NCBI GenBank assembly: GCA_964389675.1
Contig: CAYMEV010000009.1
Coordinates: 1-64,000 of the forward strand
Source: an uncultured Candidatus Sumerlaeota bacterium
GTDB taxonomy: Bacteria; CAYMEV01
DNA: 64,000 bases
Reading direction: 5' to 3'
In this document: one piece after another, positions 1 to 10,115 of the stretch
How positions within the stretch are numbered: the stretch's first letter is position 1
Layout of the letters: every line of letters begins with the position of its first letter
Position numbers and translations under genes: made by a program
The notes under the pieces: generated by a model
What the model was told of the DNA's origin: nothing
Database searches by the model: none
Seen by the model: only the letters and a program-made list of their open reading frames with translations

Positions 1-1
1 T

Positions 2-130
2 AAAATTGAAATAATTGACATCACATCACCTGAAATCCCCGAAAAATACAGGGCATCAAAATTCCTGCAGATACTTCCCTGTGAAGGGATGGATGGGATA
101 ACAGCATTTCTTCTTAAGCGGAGATCCTGA
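2..130 (+). CDS. rsmB: 3' end of probable 16S rRNA m5C967 methyltransferase (RsmB/Sun), partial
   Basis: Open frame from the window edge reads KIEIIDITSPEIPEKYRASKFLQILPCEGMDGITAFLLKRRS*. It resembles the RsmB C-terminal LP..g.DGff.a.L.K motif, and rsmB-PASTA-rpe is a common gene order. Confidence 0.55.
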   Translation, partial: KIEIIDITSPEIPEKYRASKFLQILPCEGMDGITAFLLKRRS

Positions 131-142
131 GCTATATATTAA

Positions 143-171
143 TTGACTAATATGTTAATGCAAATTACTAT
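143..171 (+). promoter_or_regulatory. sigma70-type promoter
   Basis: TTGACT-17 nt-TACTAT, about 50 nt upstream of the PASTA gene. Confidence 0.5.
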
Positions 172-221
172 CTAATTATAAATAATTTGACAGCTGTAAT
201 TGTTTTGAGGATTTTGCCGAT

Positions 222-1178
222 ATGAACAGGTACCTGAAAAGCATAGTGAGTATTTTCATTATTATGATAATATCTGGTATTATTTTTGCTGCTGTATTTT
301 ATGCCGGTATCAGGTTTATATTTGTCAAAAAGGAGATTGTCCTTCCTGATTTTACCAATAAGCAGTTATACAATGCGCAGAAAGAAGCTCAGGATTTAGG
401 GTGTCATCTGTACATAGCGGACCTGGCATATACCATGGATAAGGACGCAGGCATTGTAATAAGCCAGAGGATTAAGCCAGGCACAGTCGTGGCAAAAAGC
501 CGCAGTATTCCTGTAAATGTCAGCCTGGGACCGGAAAAGGCTTTCTTAATTGATTATACCGGACATTCATATTATGAGGCATTGAATAATCTAAAGATGA
601 AAGGCTTCTCCCCCGGTGAAATTACAGAGGTCTATTCAAGCTATTTTCTGCCAGGCCAGGTAATAGCACAGCACCCCTCTGCAGGCCAGGAGATTAACAA
701 GAATACTCCTGTAAACCTGCTTGTAAGCATGGGCAAGAAGAATAAGAGATATATACTCCCGGACCTTATAGGCAGGGATTTTTTTGAGGTTCAGTATATA
801 CTGGACAGCATGAATGTCTATATAGATGAGATTCATTATAAGGAGGTTAAGGGGTTCCCTGAGGATATAGTGGTCAATCAGAATCCGGTAAGCGGCACTC
901 TTGTTCATGAAGGGGATTATATCTCCCTCTACCTTAATAAAAGGGGTATTACCGACTATATAAGGCAGAAATACCTGTATGAGATAATTCCGGTACCCCC
1001 CGGAATAATCGATTATAAACTGGAGCTGTTCAAAAGGAAGGGAAAAAGCTCTGAACTCATTTGGGAAAAGAAGGTAAAGCCAGGCACACATTACCATCTT
1101 ATTATTAACGGATTTAAGGATGATACATATTATCTTTATATAAATGACAGGATGTTCAAGAAATATACATTAAGGTGA
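222..1178 (+). CDS. Membrane-anchored PASTA-domain protein (3 PASTA repeats, no kinase domain)
   Basis: N-terminal TM helix, then three repeats of the LPDf.G...A...L...G.VisQ.P..G..V......L.VS type. Confidence 0.9.
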   Translation: MNRYLKSIVSIFIIMIISGIIFAAVFYAGIRFIFVKKEIVLPDFTNKQLYNAQKEAQDLGCHLYIADLAYTMDKDAGIVISQRIKPGTVVAKSRSIPVNVSLGPEKAFLIDYTGHSYYEALNNLKMKGFSPGEITEVYSSYFLPGQVIAQHPSAGQEINKNTPVNLLVSMGKKNKRYILPDLIGRDFFEVQYILDSMNVYIDEIHYKEVKGFPEDIVVNQNPVSGTLVHEGDYISLYLNKRGITDYIRQKYLYEIIPVPPGIIDYKLELFKRKGKSSELIWEKKVKPGTHYHLIINGFKDDTYYLYINDRMFKKYTLR

Positions 1179-1186
1179 GTGATATA

Positions 1187-1876
1187 ATGAAAAAACCTAT
1201 AATAGCACCATCACTGCTTTCAGCTGACTGGGGAAATCTGAAAAAGGATATAATAAGAATGAAGAAGCTTGGTGCAGACCTCCTGCACATTGACGTCATG
1301 GATGGTAATTTCGTACCGAATATCAGTATCGGAATCATGGTCCAGAAGTATCTGACAGAAGATGGAAAACCCATACTGCCATTTGATACACACCTGATGG
1401 TCAATGAACCTTATTACCTTCTGGAGCAGTGCGCAAAATTCCAGTCTGAATTTGTTACTGTACATACAGAAGCAGTCAGGCATATTAACAGGCTGGTGCA
1501 GATGATCAGGGAACTTGGCATGAAACCGGGAGTTTCCATTAATCCCGGCACAAATGTAATGATGCTTGAGGATATACTGCCTTTTGTTGACCTTGTACTG
1601 GTAATGTCAGTAAATCCTGGATTTGGAGGCCAGAAGATGATACCGGAATGCCTTAATAAGGTAAAATGGCTTTATGAATACAGAAAGAAGCACTCCCTTT
1701 CATATCTAATTCAGGTGGACGGAGGCATTAAGATAGACAATATATCTTCTGTATGGGAAAATGGAGCAGATATTGCTGTAAGCGGATCAGGAATATTTGG
1801 ATCCGGAAACAGCAATATAATAATGGAGATGAAAAATAAATACAAAGAGGTAGGTCTACATGCTAAGGATAAATAG
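1187..1876 (+). CDS. rpe: Ribulose-phosphate 3-epimerase
   Basis: IAPSLLSAD, HIDVMDGNFVPN, DTHLMV, MSVNPGFGGQ, VDGG motifs. ATG 1187 is preferred over GTG 1175 because AAGGTG lies upstream. Confidence 0.97.
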   Translation: MKKPIIAPSLLSADWGNLKKDIIRMKKLGADLLHIDVMDGNFVPNISIGIMVQKYLTEDGKPILPFDTHLMVNEPYYLLEQCAKFQSEFVTVHTEAVRHINRLVQMIRELGMKPGVSINPGTNVMMLEDILPFVDLVLVMSVNPGFGGQKMIPECLNKVKWLYEYRKKHSLSYLIQVDGGIKIDNISSVWENGADIAVSGSGIFGSGNSNIIMEMKNKYKEVGLHAKDK

Positions 1877-3431
1877 AGCTCTTTTCAGCCTTACTGATAA
1901 GGACAGGTCATTGGAATTAGCACAAAGCCTTATAAAAAACAAAACGGAGATATATGCAAGCTCTGGCACCTGCAGATACCTTAAGGAAAACGGCATAGAT
2001 TCAGTAGATATCAGCACGATCACAGGATTCTCGCAATTGCTTGAGGGAAGGGTCAAGACACTTGATCCAAGGATATTTGCCCCGATACTTGCCAGAAAGC
2101 AGAAACCAGATGACTTAAAAGAGTTATCCTCTTTAGGCTTGAAGCCCTTTGACCTTATTGTCTGCAATCTCTACCCTTTTGAGCTGGTTTCACAGAATCC
2201 TTTCTGCAGCCACAATGATCTGCTGGAAAATATCGATATAGGCGGGGTAACTCTTATAAGGGCAGCTGCCAAAAACTACCAGAACTGCGCTGTCCTTACT
2301 TCACCAAGGCAGTATGCAGGTTTTACCAGGGAGCTTGATGATACTGGATGTATATCTTTAGAAACATTGCTTGAGCTGTCTGTTGAGGCCTTCCGAAGAA
2401 TAACTGTATATGACAGCTCAATTCTCAGAGAGCTCTCCCAGTTTAAGATAAGGGATGACAATATCGAGAAATCCCCTGAAAAGTTCCCGAGATACAATAC
2501 AATTCATCTGTCAAAACACAATGACCTCTCTTACGGTGAAAACCCCCATCAGGAAGCTGCCCTGTATACATGCCATGACAGAAACCTGCTGAGTGAATAC
2601 TCGATTGAACACCTGAATGGAAAGGACCTCTCCTACAATAATATAGTGGATACAGAAGGATGCCTTGCACTTCTTTCTGAATTTGAAAAAGAGAATATTT
2701 GCGCTATATTAAAACACACGAACCCTTGCGGAGTAGGTATCGGGGATACGCCTCTGAAAGCATTTAAGAGGGCATATGCAACGGATTCTGTAAGCCCTTT
2801 CGGAGGTATTGTAGGGTTCAACACAACACTTGATGAAGAAGCTGCCATAGAGCTTGCCAGAATGTTTCTTGAGGTGATCATTGCCCCCGATTATTCAGAA
2901 GACGCATTAAAAAGGCTTAAAAGAAAGAAAAAACTCCGCGTAATTAGATACAGAAGCAATAATATACCAAAAGGAGAGATTATTAATATAAAAAGGACTT
3001 CCATAGGGTTTATAATGCAGGACTCTGACTGGCTCAAGCCTGGATTTCCCATTAGAATAGCCACTAAAAGACAGCCTACGGAGGATGAGAAAACAGCAAT
3101 GGTCCTTGCATGGAAAACAGCAAAGCATACAAAAAGCAATGCTGTAGTTATAGCTGATAAGCATGGTACTGTGGGAATTGGCGCAGGACAGATGAACCGG
3201 GTAGGCGCATTAAAGATTGCACTGTCAAACAGCGAACTTGATGCAAAGGGAGCAGTAATGGCATCTGACGGATTTTTCCCTTTCAGTGACAGCATAGAAC
3301 TTGCAGTCAGGGCTGGAATAACCGCCATTATACAGCCCGGAGGATCAATAAGGGATGCAGAGGTGATCAAGGCTGCCGATGATGCAAATATAACCATGGT
3401 TTTAACAGGTTTCAGGAATTTTAAGCATTAA
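1860..3431 (+). CDS. purH: Bifunctional AICAR transformylase / IMP cyclohydrolase
   Basis: GRVKTL, NLYPF, ENIDIGG, YGENPHQ, KHTNPCG, KSNA, GIGAGQ, ASDGFFPF, QPGGS motifs. Confidence 0.98.
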   Translation: MLRINRALFSLTDKDRSLELAQSLIKNKTEIYASSGTCRYLKENGIDSVDISTITGFSQLLEGRVKTLDPRIFAPILARKQKPDDLKELSSLGLKPFDLIVCNLYPFELVSQNPFCSHNDLLENIDIGGVTLIRAAAKNYQNCAVLTSPRQYAGFTRELDDTGCISLETLLELSVEAFRRITVYDSSILRELSQFKIRDDNIEKSPEKFPRYNTIHLSKHNDLSYGENPHQEAALYTCHDRNLLSEYSIEHLNGKDLSYNNIVDTEGCLALLSEFEKENICAILKHTNPCGVGIGDTPLKAFKRAYATDSVSPFGGIVGFNTTLDEEAAIELARMFLEVIIAPDYSEDALKRLKRKKKLRVIRYRSNNIPKGEIINIKRTSIGFIMQDSDWLKPGFPIRIATKRQPTEDEKTAMVLAWKTAKHTKSNAVVIADKHGTVGIGAGQMNRVGALKIALSNSELDAKGAVMASDGFFPFSDSIELAVRAGITAIIQPGGSIRDAEVIKAADDANITMVLTGFRNFKH

Positions 3432-3458
3432 TAGCATATAATATAAAGGAGGAATATC

Positions 3459-4079
3459 ATGAAAAGGCTTTTTCCATTGTTTTTCATTCTAATTCTTGCA
3501 GGGTTCACAGTTGCTGATTCAGCAGAATACGGCATAAAGGGCGGATACCTGTATATAGGTGAATATGACTTTGAGGGCAGCGATGTCACAGGCATAAGGG
3601 ATGACTCAAGCGGTACCATATATGGATTTGAGAGTTACTCACAGATTCTCCCCATATTGGCACTGAATTTTGAGGTAGGCTATACAAAGAGTACCGAGGA
3701 TATTGATTTCGGCCCGGATATTGACTCTTCTTACGATACAAGAATAACACCCGTCTCCCTCAACCTGCTGCTGACATTTGGCAGTGACCTTCTTCAGTTA
3801 TATGGCGGTGCAGGTGTCGGAGGTTATTATGTAAAAAGCGACTTCAATTTCTCAAGCGGTGATTTTGACTTCAGCGGAAGTGAAAGCAAATGGTTCTGGG
3901 GGTTCCAGGTAAAAGGCGGTATCAAATTCTGGCTATCTGAAGCATTCGGCATATATGCAGAATACCAGTACAGAAGATTTGGTGAAGACATGGAATATGA
4001 TACTGATCTTGTAAACCTGAGGCATGATGATGATGTCATCCTAAGCCAGATCTGTGCCGGGATACTATTTACATTCTAA
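3459..4079 (+). CDS. Small outer-membrane beta-barrel protein (OmpA/OmpW-like)
   Basis: Signal peptide, alternating aromatic beta-strands (YGGAGVG, GIYAEYQY), C-terminal Phe. Confidence 0.85.
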   Translation: MKRLFPLFFILILAGFTVADSAEYGIKGGYLYIGEYDFEGSDVTGIRDDSSGTIYGFESYSQILPILALNFEVGYTKSTEDIDFGPDIDSSYDTRITPVSLNLLLTFGSDLLQLYGGAGVGGYYVKSDFNFSSGDFDFSGSESKWFWGFQVKGGIKFWLSEAFGIYAEYQYRRFGEDMEYDTDLVNLRHDDDVILSQICAGILFTF

Positions 4080-4129
4080 AGCATTATTTTATATTAAAAC
4101 ACATGCTTCCATATAACCGGACATGAAGC

Positions 4130-4435
4130 TTGAGAACTGAAACACTGGCTATAATTGAGGTTATATCAAAAATCCCTGAAGGAAGGGTAATGACCTATGG
4201 CCAGGTCGGGTCATGCGCAGGGATTTATAATGGTGCAAGGCAGGTCGTATGGGCTCTAAGGGCATATTCCCAAAAATACAGGCTTCCCTGGCACAGGGTA
4301 ATAAACTCTCGGGGTTATATTTCCTTAAAGGACTCTGAAGGCAGTTGTCTGCAGAGGAAGCTTCTTGAAGCAGAAGGCATTGAAATATCTATGGATGGCA
4401 GGGTTGATCTTGCCAGATATAGGTTTAATGAATAG
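4130..4435 (+). CDS. Alkyltransferase-like DNA-binding protein (Atl/YbaZ, MGMT family)
   Basis: IPEGRVMTYGQV...ARQV...PWHRVINS. Trp replaces the catalytic Cys of PCHR. TTG start. Confidence 0.88.
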   Translation: MRTETLAIIEVISKIPEGRVMTYGQVGSCAGIYNGARQVVWALRAYSQKYRLPWHRVINSRGYISLKDSEGSCLQRKLLEAEGIEISMDGRVDLARYRFNE

Positions 4436-4593
4436 CATTCAGACTGGAAGTAATATGCCAGAATAAATAAAAAAATTACTGAATTTTATTCTTGAAATGA
4501 ATTATAGCATCCAATATACTTATCTGTTTAACAATACAGGGCAGGAAACTTGAGCCTTTTGCTTATTGTTAGTAATAAAACAAGGAGAGAGTA

Positions 4594-5634
4594 ATGAGAA
4601 ATCTGGCATTTTTTAGCATTATTATCCTATTTTGTGCCTCATTTTTGATCGCCTATGAAGTAGGAGATGTGGTTGATGACTTTACATGGCTTGACAGTGA
4701 CGGTGGTGAGCCTGTCGAGAGGACGCTTTATGAAGTAACTGCGGCAAACAAGATACTGTTCATTGGCTTCGGAGCAACATGGTGCCCGCATTGCGTGGAA
4801 GCAGCGCCTATACTTCAGGAATACTGGGAAGAGATTGGAAGCACTCATTTTCACCTGATAATGACCATGCAGGATGTAAACAGCTGGGATGCTATAAATG
4901 GTTCCAGATGGCGCACCAGGTTTACGCCAAACCTTACATTCTTTCTTTCAATTGCATCCGCATTGTATAATCCTTACTACAGTGTTTTCGGGAATGGTTA
5001 TATACCCTATATTATAGTAATTGATACCAATAATGTCCTCAGGCACTCAGGCAATTCAAGGCCTACACTGCAGTTCCTCCAGAACCTGATTGCAGAAAAT
5101 ACACAGCTGGTGGTATACCGCTTCTTCAATACCTTAAGGGGTGGGCATTTATATACTAGCAGTGAGATTGAAAGGGATTATATACTGCAAAACCTTCCGG
5201 AGTGGAGTTTTGAAGGGCCGAAATTTGAGGTTCAGGAAGCCATGGAGCCTGGAACTACAGCAGTATACCGCTTCTTTAACAATATAACAGGAATTCATTT
5301 CTACACCATAAGCGAGCAGGAAAGGGATGAAGTAATGCAGCTGCCTCAATGGAACTATGAGGGCGTAAAGTTCTATCTTTATCCTGCCTTTGCTGAAGGT
5401 ACAATACCTGTTTACCGTTTCTTCAACCATGCAAGAGGAGGCCATCTCTACACAATTAGCGAGATCGAGAGGGATGCCGTTATGCAGCTGCCTGACTGGG
5501 ACTATGAAGGCATAGCATTCTATGTTCTTCAGTATGCAAAGGGAAGAAACAGCAATAATGATAAATTAAAGAAAAAGGAAAATACTCCCGGGAAGGAAAT
5601 TAAAATCAGGAAAGAATACAGCAAGATCCGGTAA
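4594..5634 (+). CDS. Secreted TlpA-like redoxin fused to a C-terminal DUF5648-type triple repeat
   Basis: Signal peptide, ATWCPHC, cis-Pro region YIPYIIVID, then three VYRFFN...H(L/F)YT..E.ERD...W.YEG repeats. Confidence 0.8.
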   Translation: MRNLAFFSIIILFCASFLIAYEVGDVVDDFTWLDSDGGEPVERTLYEVTAANKILFIGFGATWCPHCVEAAPILQEYWEEIGSTHFHLIMTMQDVNSWDAINGSRWRTRFTPNLTFFLSIASALYNPYYSVFGNGYIPYIIVIDTNNVLRHSGNSRPTLQFLQNLIAENTQLVVYRFFNTLRGGHLYTSSEIERDYILQNLPEWSFEGPKFEVQEAMEPGTTAVYRFFNNITGIHFYTISEQERDEVMQLPQWNYEGVKFYLYPAFAEGTIPVYRFFNHARGGHLYTISEIERDAVMQLPDWDYEGIAFYVLQYAKGRNSNNDKLKKKENTPGKEIKIRKEYSKIR

Positions 5635-5652
5635 TAACCAGGAAATAATGAT

Positions 5653-5683
5653 GAAGCAGCAGGGAAACCTGCTGCTTCTTTTT
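5653..5683 (+). terminator. Intrinsic terminator between convergent genes
   Basis: GAAGCAGCAGG-GAAA-CCTGCTGCTTC followed by T5. Confidence 0.85.
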
Positions 5684-5684
5684 A

Positions 5685-6263
5685 TTATATACCTTTTACA
5701 AGGTTTGCAAAACCCATAAAAGCAAGTGCAATAATTCCTGCTGTTATGAATGATATGGGGTTTCCTTTCATGCCTTCAGGGATATCAGAGACTTCCAGCC
5801 TTTCCCTGACTCCGGCAAAAATTACCAGCGCCAGTGTAAAACCTACTGCTGAACCAAATGCAAAAACAAGATTGTAAACCAGGCTATACTGCCTTTGAAT
5901 ATTCAATATTGCAACACCAAGTATTGCACAGTTTGTTGTAATCAGGGGAAGATAGATGCCAAGAGCCTTATAAAGCACAGGGCTGAGCTTTTTCAAGGCT
6001 ATCTCGACCAGCTGCACCAATGAGGCAATGACAAGTATAAACACAACTGTCTGGAGGTACTCTATCCCGAAATGAATGAGCAGCTGCTGCATGAAGTATG
6101 TAATACCGCTGGCAAGCGTCATTACAAAGACAACTGCCATTCCCATGCCCAGAGATGTTGAAATGCTCTTTGAAACTCCGAAATATGGGCATAGTCCAAG
6201 AAAATTTGAAAATATAACATTGGTAACAAAAACAGATGCAATAATTATAAGAATTAAAGTCAT
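5685..6263 (-). CDS. rnfA: Rnf complex subunit A
   Basis: [25 protein letters not shown]. Confidence 0.96.
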   Translation of the reverse strand: MTLILIIIASVFVTNVIFSNFLGLCPYFGVSKSISTSLGMGMAVVFVMTLASGITYFMQQLLIHFGIEYLQTVVFILVIASLVQLVEIALKKLSPVLYKALGIYLPLITTNCAILGVAILNIQRQYSLVYNLVFAFGSAVGFTLALVIFAGVRERLEVSDIPEGMKGNPISFITAGIIALAFMGFANLVKGI

Positions 6264-6275
6264 TTCAGTCCTCCT

Positions 6276-6872
6276 TTAGCCTTTTGCCTTTTCAAGCTTG
6301 TTCAGAAGGCCCATAAGAAGGCCTATTGTCAAAAATGCCCCTGGAGGGAGTATCAGCACTATAACGCCCGGGTAACTGCTTCCAAGCAGGGGAACCTTAA
6401 AGAGGCTTCCTCCTCCTATGAATTCCCTTACAATTCCAAGGCTCAAAAGTGCAAGTGTAAATCCAAGGCCCATTCCCAGCCCGTCAACTATTGACAGAAA
6501 CAGGCCGTTCTTTGAAGCAAATGCCTCAGCCCTGCCGAGGATTATACAGTTTACTACTATCAGGGGGATAAAAAGACCGAGGCTTTTGTGCAGGTCATAC
6601 ATGAAACCCTTCAGGAAAAGGTCTACAACTGTAACAAATGATGCTATAACAACAATAAAACATGGTATCCTGATCTTATCCGGTATAAGATTCCTTATCA
6701 TTGATATGACAATATTGGAGCAGACAAGGACAAATGTCATGGACATTCCCATCCCAAGCGCATCAGTTGCCGATGTTGATGTTGCCAGCGCAGGGCACAG
6801 GCCCAGCATAAGGCGGAATACGGGATTTTCCTTAAGAAAGCCCTTTGTAAATTCTTTCATGATTGAAGACAT
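6276..6872 (-). CDS. rnfE: Rnf complex subunit E
   Basis: ENPVF..MLGLCPALA, IPLIVVNCIILGRAEAFASKN, LPPGAF. Start moved to 6872 (AGGAG upstream) to avoid overlap with rnfG. Confidence 0.96.
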   Translation of the reverse strand: MSSIMKEFTKGFLKENPVFRLMLGLCPALATSTSATDALGMGMSMTFVLVCSNIVISMIRNLIPDKIRIPCFIVVIASFVTVVDLFLKGFMYDLHKSLGLFIPLIVVNCIILGRAEAFASKNGLFLSIVDGLGMGLGFTLALLSLGIVREFIGGGSLFKVPLLGSSYPGVIVLILPPGAFLTIGLLMGLLNKLEKAKG

Positions 6873-6873
6873 C

Positions 6874-7578
6874 TTACTCCTCCTTTCCTGTTCCAGTCTG
6901 TTCATCCACTTCGCCGGCTGTTTCTTGCTCCTGAAGGGCAGCAGGCTCTGCTTCTTCAATATCTGTTGTGGATTCTTCCTGTATTGTATCTGTATTTTCT
7001 TTAATAAACTCTGAATATATCGGATATGCTGTATTAAAGGCTTCACAAACTGCTCTTGAAGTAATTGTTGCAGCAGTCAGAGCATCAATCTGACCGCCGT
7101 CCTTAGTGACCTTGAATGTATAGTCTGCTGAAACCGGCTTGCCTTTGAACTGGGCATCCTGCCATTCCTTTTCCCTCATCTTGTCTCCAAGGCCCGGGGT
7201 CTCTGCATGTGAAAGGACATACATGCCATTGACAGATGAATCTGATGATCTAATGCCGACCATTATTGTCAGTCTGCCCCCATAACCGCTGTCAGACAAA
7301 ATATTGAAGGCCGCCCCTGTCATAATGCCGTTTTTTCTGCCTATATATACTGTAATATCATGATCATTATAGCTTACATTCTTTTTATCCTCGAACGGAT
7401 TGTTGTCATAATCCGGCAATACCTCATTAATTGCTTTCAGCGTTTCTTTCTCCTGGGATGCCCTTATTGGCTCCTGTACAATACCGTTTACATATGACAG
7501 CCCCGCAGCGCTGATGAAGGTAATTAATGTAAGGATAAGAACCATGTATAAAAGGGAGTTTTTGTTAATCTCAGCCAT
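6874..7578 (-). CDS. rnfG: Rnf complex subunit G (FMN-binding) with acidic C-terminal tail
   Basis: GYGG, HAETPGLG, IDALTAATITSRAV flavinylation motif. Start placed at MAEINK. Confidence 0.95.
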   Translation of the reverse strand: MAEINKNSLLYMVLILTLITFISAAGLSYVNGIVQEPIRASQEKETLKAINEVLPDYDNNPFEDKKNVSYNDHDITVYIGRKNGIMTGAAFNILSDSGYGGRLTIMVGIRSSDSSVNGMYVLSHAETPGLGDKMREKEWQDAQFKGKPVSADYTFKVTKDGGQIDALTAATITSRAVCEAFNTAYPIYSEFIKENTDTIQEESTTDIEEAEPAALQEQETAGEVDEQTGTGKEE

Positions 7579-8566
7579 TTTCTGCTGCCCTCCTTCCAAA
7601 CCTCTTTGGATGCAAATATTTATCTATCAGTGGAACTAATCCATTCATAAAAAGGATAGCAAAACTTACGCCCTCCGGATATCCTCCCCAAAGCCTTATA
7701 ATTATCGTTATAAGGCCGCAGAGAATACCGAAAAGCATCTTGCCGCTCCTTGAGAGGGGAGATGTAACATAGTCGGTTGCCATGAAAAATGCACCCAGAA
7801 AAAGCCCTCCTGAGAGTATATGAAATACAGGATCAATATACTTTGACGGGTCTATAAGGTAAAATATGCCTGTGGATATAAATACGGTCGCAATGAATGT
7901 AAAGGGGATCTCCCAGCTTATTATCCTTTTAGCCATCAGGTAAATGCCTCCTATAAGGAGTGCAGCAGCGGATATCTCACCCAATGAGCCTCCGACCTTA
8001 CCCAGGAAAAGATCAAGGTTTGTAACAGCCCCGTAGGCAGCCTGAACACCATCAGTCTTGAGTATTCCAAGGGGAGTAGCATGTGTTGCGACATCAAGGT
8101 CAAACGAGAACCCAAGGGCTTTAGGCCAGTTCGTCATATAAAGGGGGAATGAAATAAGCAGAAAAACCCTCGAGACAAGCGCGGGGTTAAAGGGATTCTG
8201 CCCTATACCGCCGAATATCTGCTTGCCAAGGTATATCGCGACAAAAGCACCTATAATAATAAGCCAAACAGGAGCTGAACTGGGAAGGTTCATTGCCAGC
8301 AGGAGCCCTGTCACTGCAGCGCTAAAATCACCAACTGTTATCTTTTTCCCCATAAGCTTCTGTATCAAGGCTTCAAAAAACACACAGGACAATACCGATA
8401 CTGCAATCACTATCAGGGCCCGTATGCCGAAGCAGCATATTCCTGCAAGCGATGCAGGGATAAGTGCCACAAAGACAGACCCCATGATATTCTTTACAGA
8501 GCTTTTATCATATATATGAGGAGAAGATGATACAATCAACTCTGTGTTATTTTGATTCATTTCCAC
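7571..8566 (-). CDS. rnfD: Rnf complex subunit D
   Basis: SSPHI, KQIFGGIGQNPFNPA, ATPL, MATDYVTSP, GGYPEG. Confidence 0.96.
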   Translation of the reverse strand: MEMNQNNTELIVSSSPHIYDKSSVKNIMGSVFVALIPASLAGICCFGIRALIVIAVSVLSCVFFEALIQKLMGKKITVGDFSAAVTGLLLAMNLPSSAPVWLIIIGAFVAIYLGKQIFGGIGQNPFNPALVSRVFLLISFPLYMTNWPKALGFSFDLDVATHATPLGILKTDGVQAAYGAVTNLDLFLGKVGGSLGEISAAALLIGGIYLMAKRIISWEIPFTFIATVFISTGIFYLIDPSKYIDPVFHILSGGLFLGAFFMATDYVTSPLSRSGKMLFGILCGLITIIIRLWGGYPEGVSFAILFMNGLVPLIDKYLHPKRFGRRAAENG

Positions 8567-8579
8567 ATTAATCCTCCTC

Positions 8580-10115
8580 TCACTTCTCGTTCTTTATTTT
8601 ATTGTACTTCAGCTTTCCTAAGCGAATCCACTGGACCAGATAGATCTTTGAAGGACATGCATATGAACAGCTTCCGCATTCCATACAATCCATGATGCCC
8701 AGTTCTCCCGCTTCACGCACCTTATCATTCTTTGTAAGACTGTACAGGGTAGTGGGAGACAGTCCCATCGGACATGCTTTGATACACCTGGTGCACCTTA
8801 TGCAGCTGTTCTCTTCATACAAGGGAGCCTCATCTGCATCCAGGAACAATATTCCGCTTGTACCCTTTGTAACCGGCACATCTGTATGCGAGACCGCTTT
8901 GCCCATCATAGGCCCTCCGAAGAGTATTTTTCTCGGATTATCCATTCCGCCGCAGAAATCAATTATATCACCAAGTTTTGTTCCTATTCTTGCAATTATA
9001 TTCTTATTGTCCTTTATTGCTCTTCCACCGATTGTCACAGTCCGTTCATATAATGGCTTATTTTTTATGACAGCATCATATACTGCAGAGGCTGTAGCTA
9101 CATTCTGAACAATGACACCGACATCAAAAGGAAGTTTCTGACTGGGCACTTCCCTGTTAAGGATGCTTTTTATAAGCTGTTTTTCACCTCCCTGAGGGTA
9201 TTTCACCTTTAATGGCACAACATCAATGTTCTTATAATTCTTGCAGATATCCTCAAAGGAAGCTATACAGTCTTTCTTATTAGATTCAATGCCAATATAC
9301 CCTTTTACCCCGGGAAACATTGACATCAGTATTACAAGGCCCTGAACAACCTTTGCTGCAGACTCCAGCATCAGCCTGTGATCAGAAGTCAGATAGGGTT
9401 CGCATTCAGCACCATTGAGTATCAATGCGTCTATTTTCTCAGGTTTGGGCGGATTCAGCTTAACAGCAGTCGGAAAAGCAGCCCCCCCCAGACCGACTAT
9501 ACCAGCTTTTGCAATAATATCCCTTATTGCATCGTTCTTGAGCCTGTCAAAAGGAATCTCCTCATTGTTGATAATATCTGTAAGGGATTTATTCTCGTCC
9601 TTAATCTTCTTTTTCAGAAAGCTGATGAAGGATATCTTCAGGGCGTTCTCCAGTGAAGGTATACCAGTAGGTCCTACAGGGACCTCTATATCATCAACAG
9701 ATTCAAGGCTGTTTGCAAAGTCTTTAAGCTTGTTTACCCTTTGAAGAATATATTCATCATTGAATTCTATCAGCTCGATGGAATTATCAATATCAGGAGA
9801 AATATCGTTCTTACCATCATTTTGTATAATTATGGCATCCATCTCCAGGCCGCCCGGAAAGGTGAATTTATCAATCTTCTTGACGGTTCCTGAAACAGGC
9901 GAATGCACTGGAGAGGATACATAGGATGAAGCCTGTGCAATAAGTGAACCTGCAAGCACAGCATCCTTTGGCTTTACTAATGGCTTTGCAGGAGCCCCGA
10001 TATGCTGGCTGAGAAACAATACCACCTCATCCTTCGGATTCAGGACCTCGATCGGATTCTTTGCAGTATGCTTCGATTCCGGAGGATGAATACCGCCCTT
10101 CTTAAACGTTTTCAT
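8580..10115 (-). CDS. rnfC: Rnf complex subunit C (with an internal insertion)
   Basis: GGIHPP, QHIGAP, GIVGLGGAAFPT, NGAECEPYLT, YPQGGEK, GGPMMG, two CxxCxxCxxxCP. Start placed at MKTFKK (10115) behind AGGAGG. Confidence 0.96.
   Translation of the reverse strand: MKTFKKGGIHPPESKHTAKNPIEVLNPKDEVVLFLSQHIGAPAKPLVKPKDAVLAGSLIAQASSYVSSPVHSPVSGTVKKIDKFTFPGGLEMDAIIIQNDGKNDISPDIDNSIELIEFNDEYILQRVNKLKDFANSLESVDDIEVPVGPTGIPSLENALKISFISFLKKKIKDENKSLTDIINNEEIPFDRLKNDAIRDIIAKAGIVGLGGAAFPTAVKLNPPKPEKIDALILNGAECEPYLTSDHRLMLESAAKVVQGLVILMSMFPGVKGYIGIESNKKDCIASFEDICKNYKNIDVVPLKVKYPQGGEKQLIKSILNREVPSQKLPFDVGVIVQNVATASAVYDAVIKNKPLYERTVTIGGRAIKDNKNIIARIGTKLGDIIDFCGGMDNPRKILFGGPMMGKAVSHTDVPVTKGTSGILFLDADEAPLYEENSCIRCTRCIKACPMGLSPTTLYSLTKNDKVREAGELGIMDCMECGSCSYACPSKIYLVQWIRLGKLKYNKIKNEK

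Noticed and set aside
4130-4435. Active O6-methylguanine methyltransferase (Ogt)
   Set aside because: PWHR replaces PCHR, so there is no acceptor cysteine.
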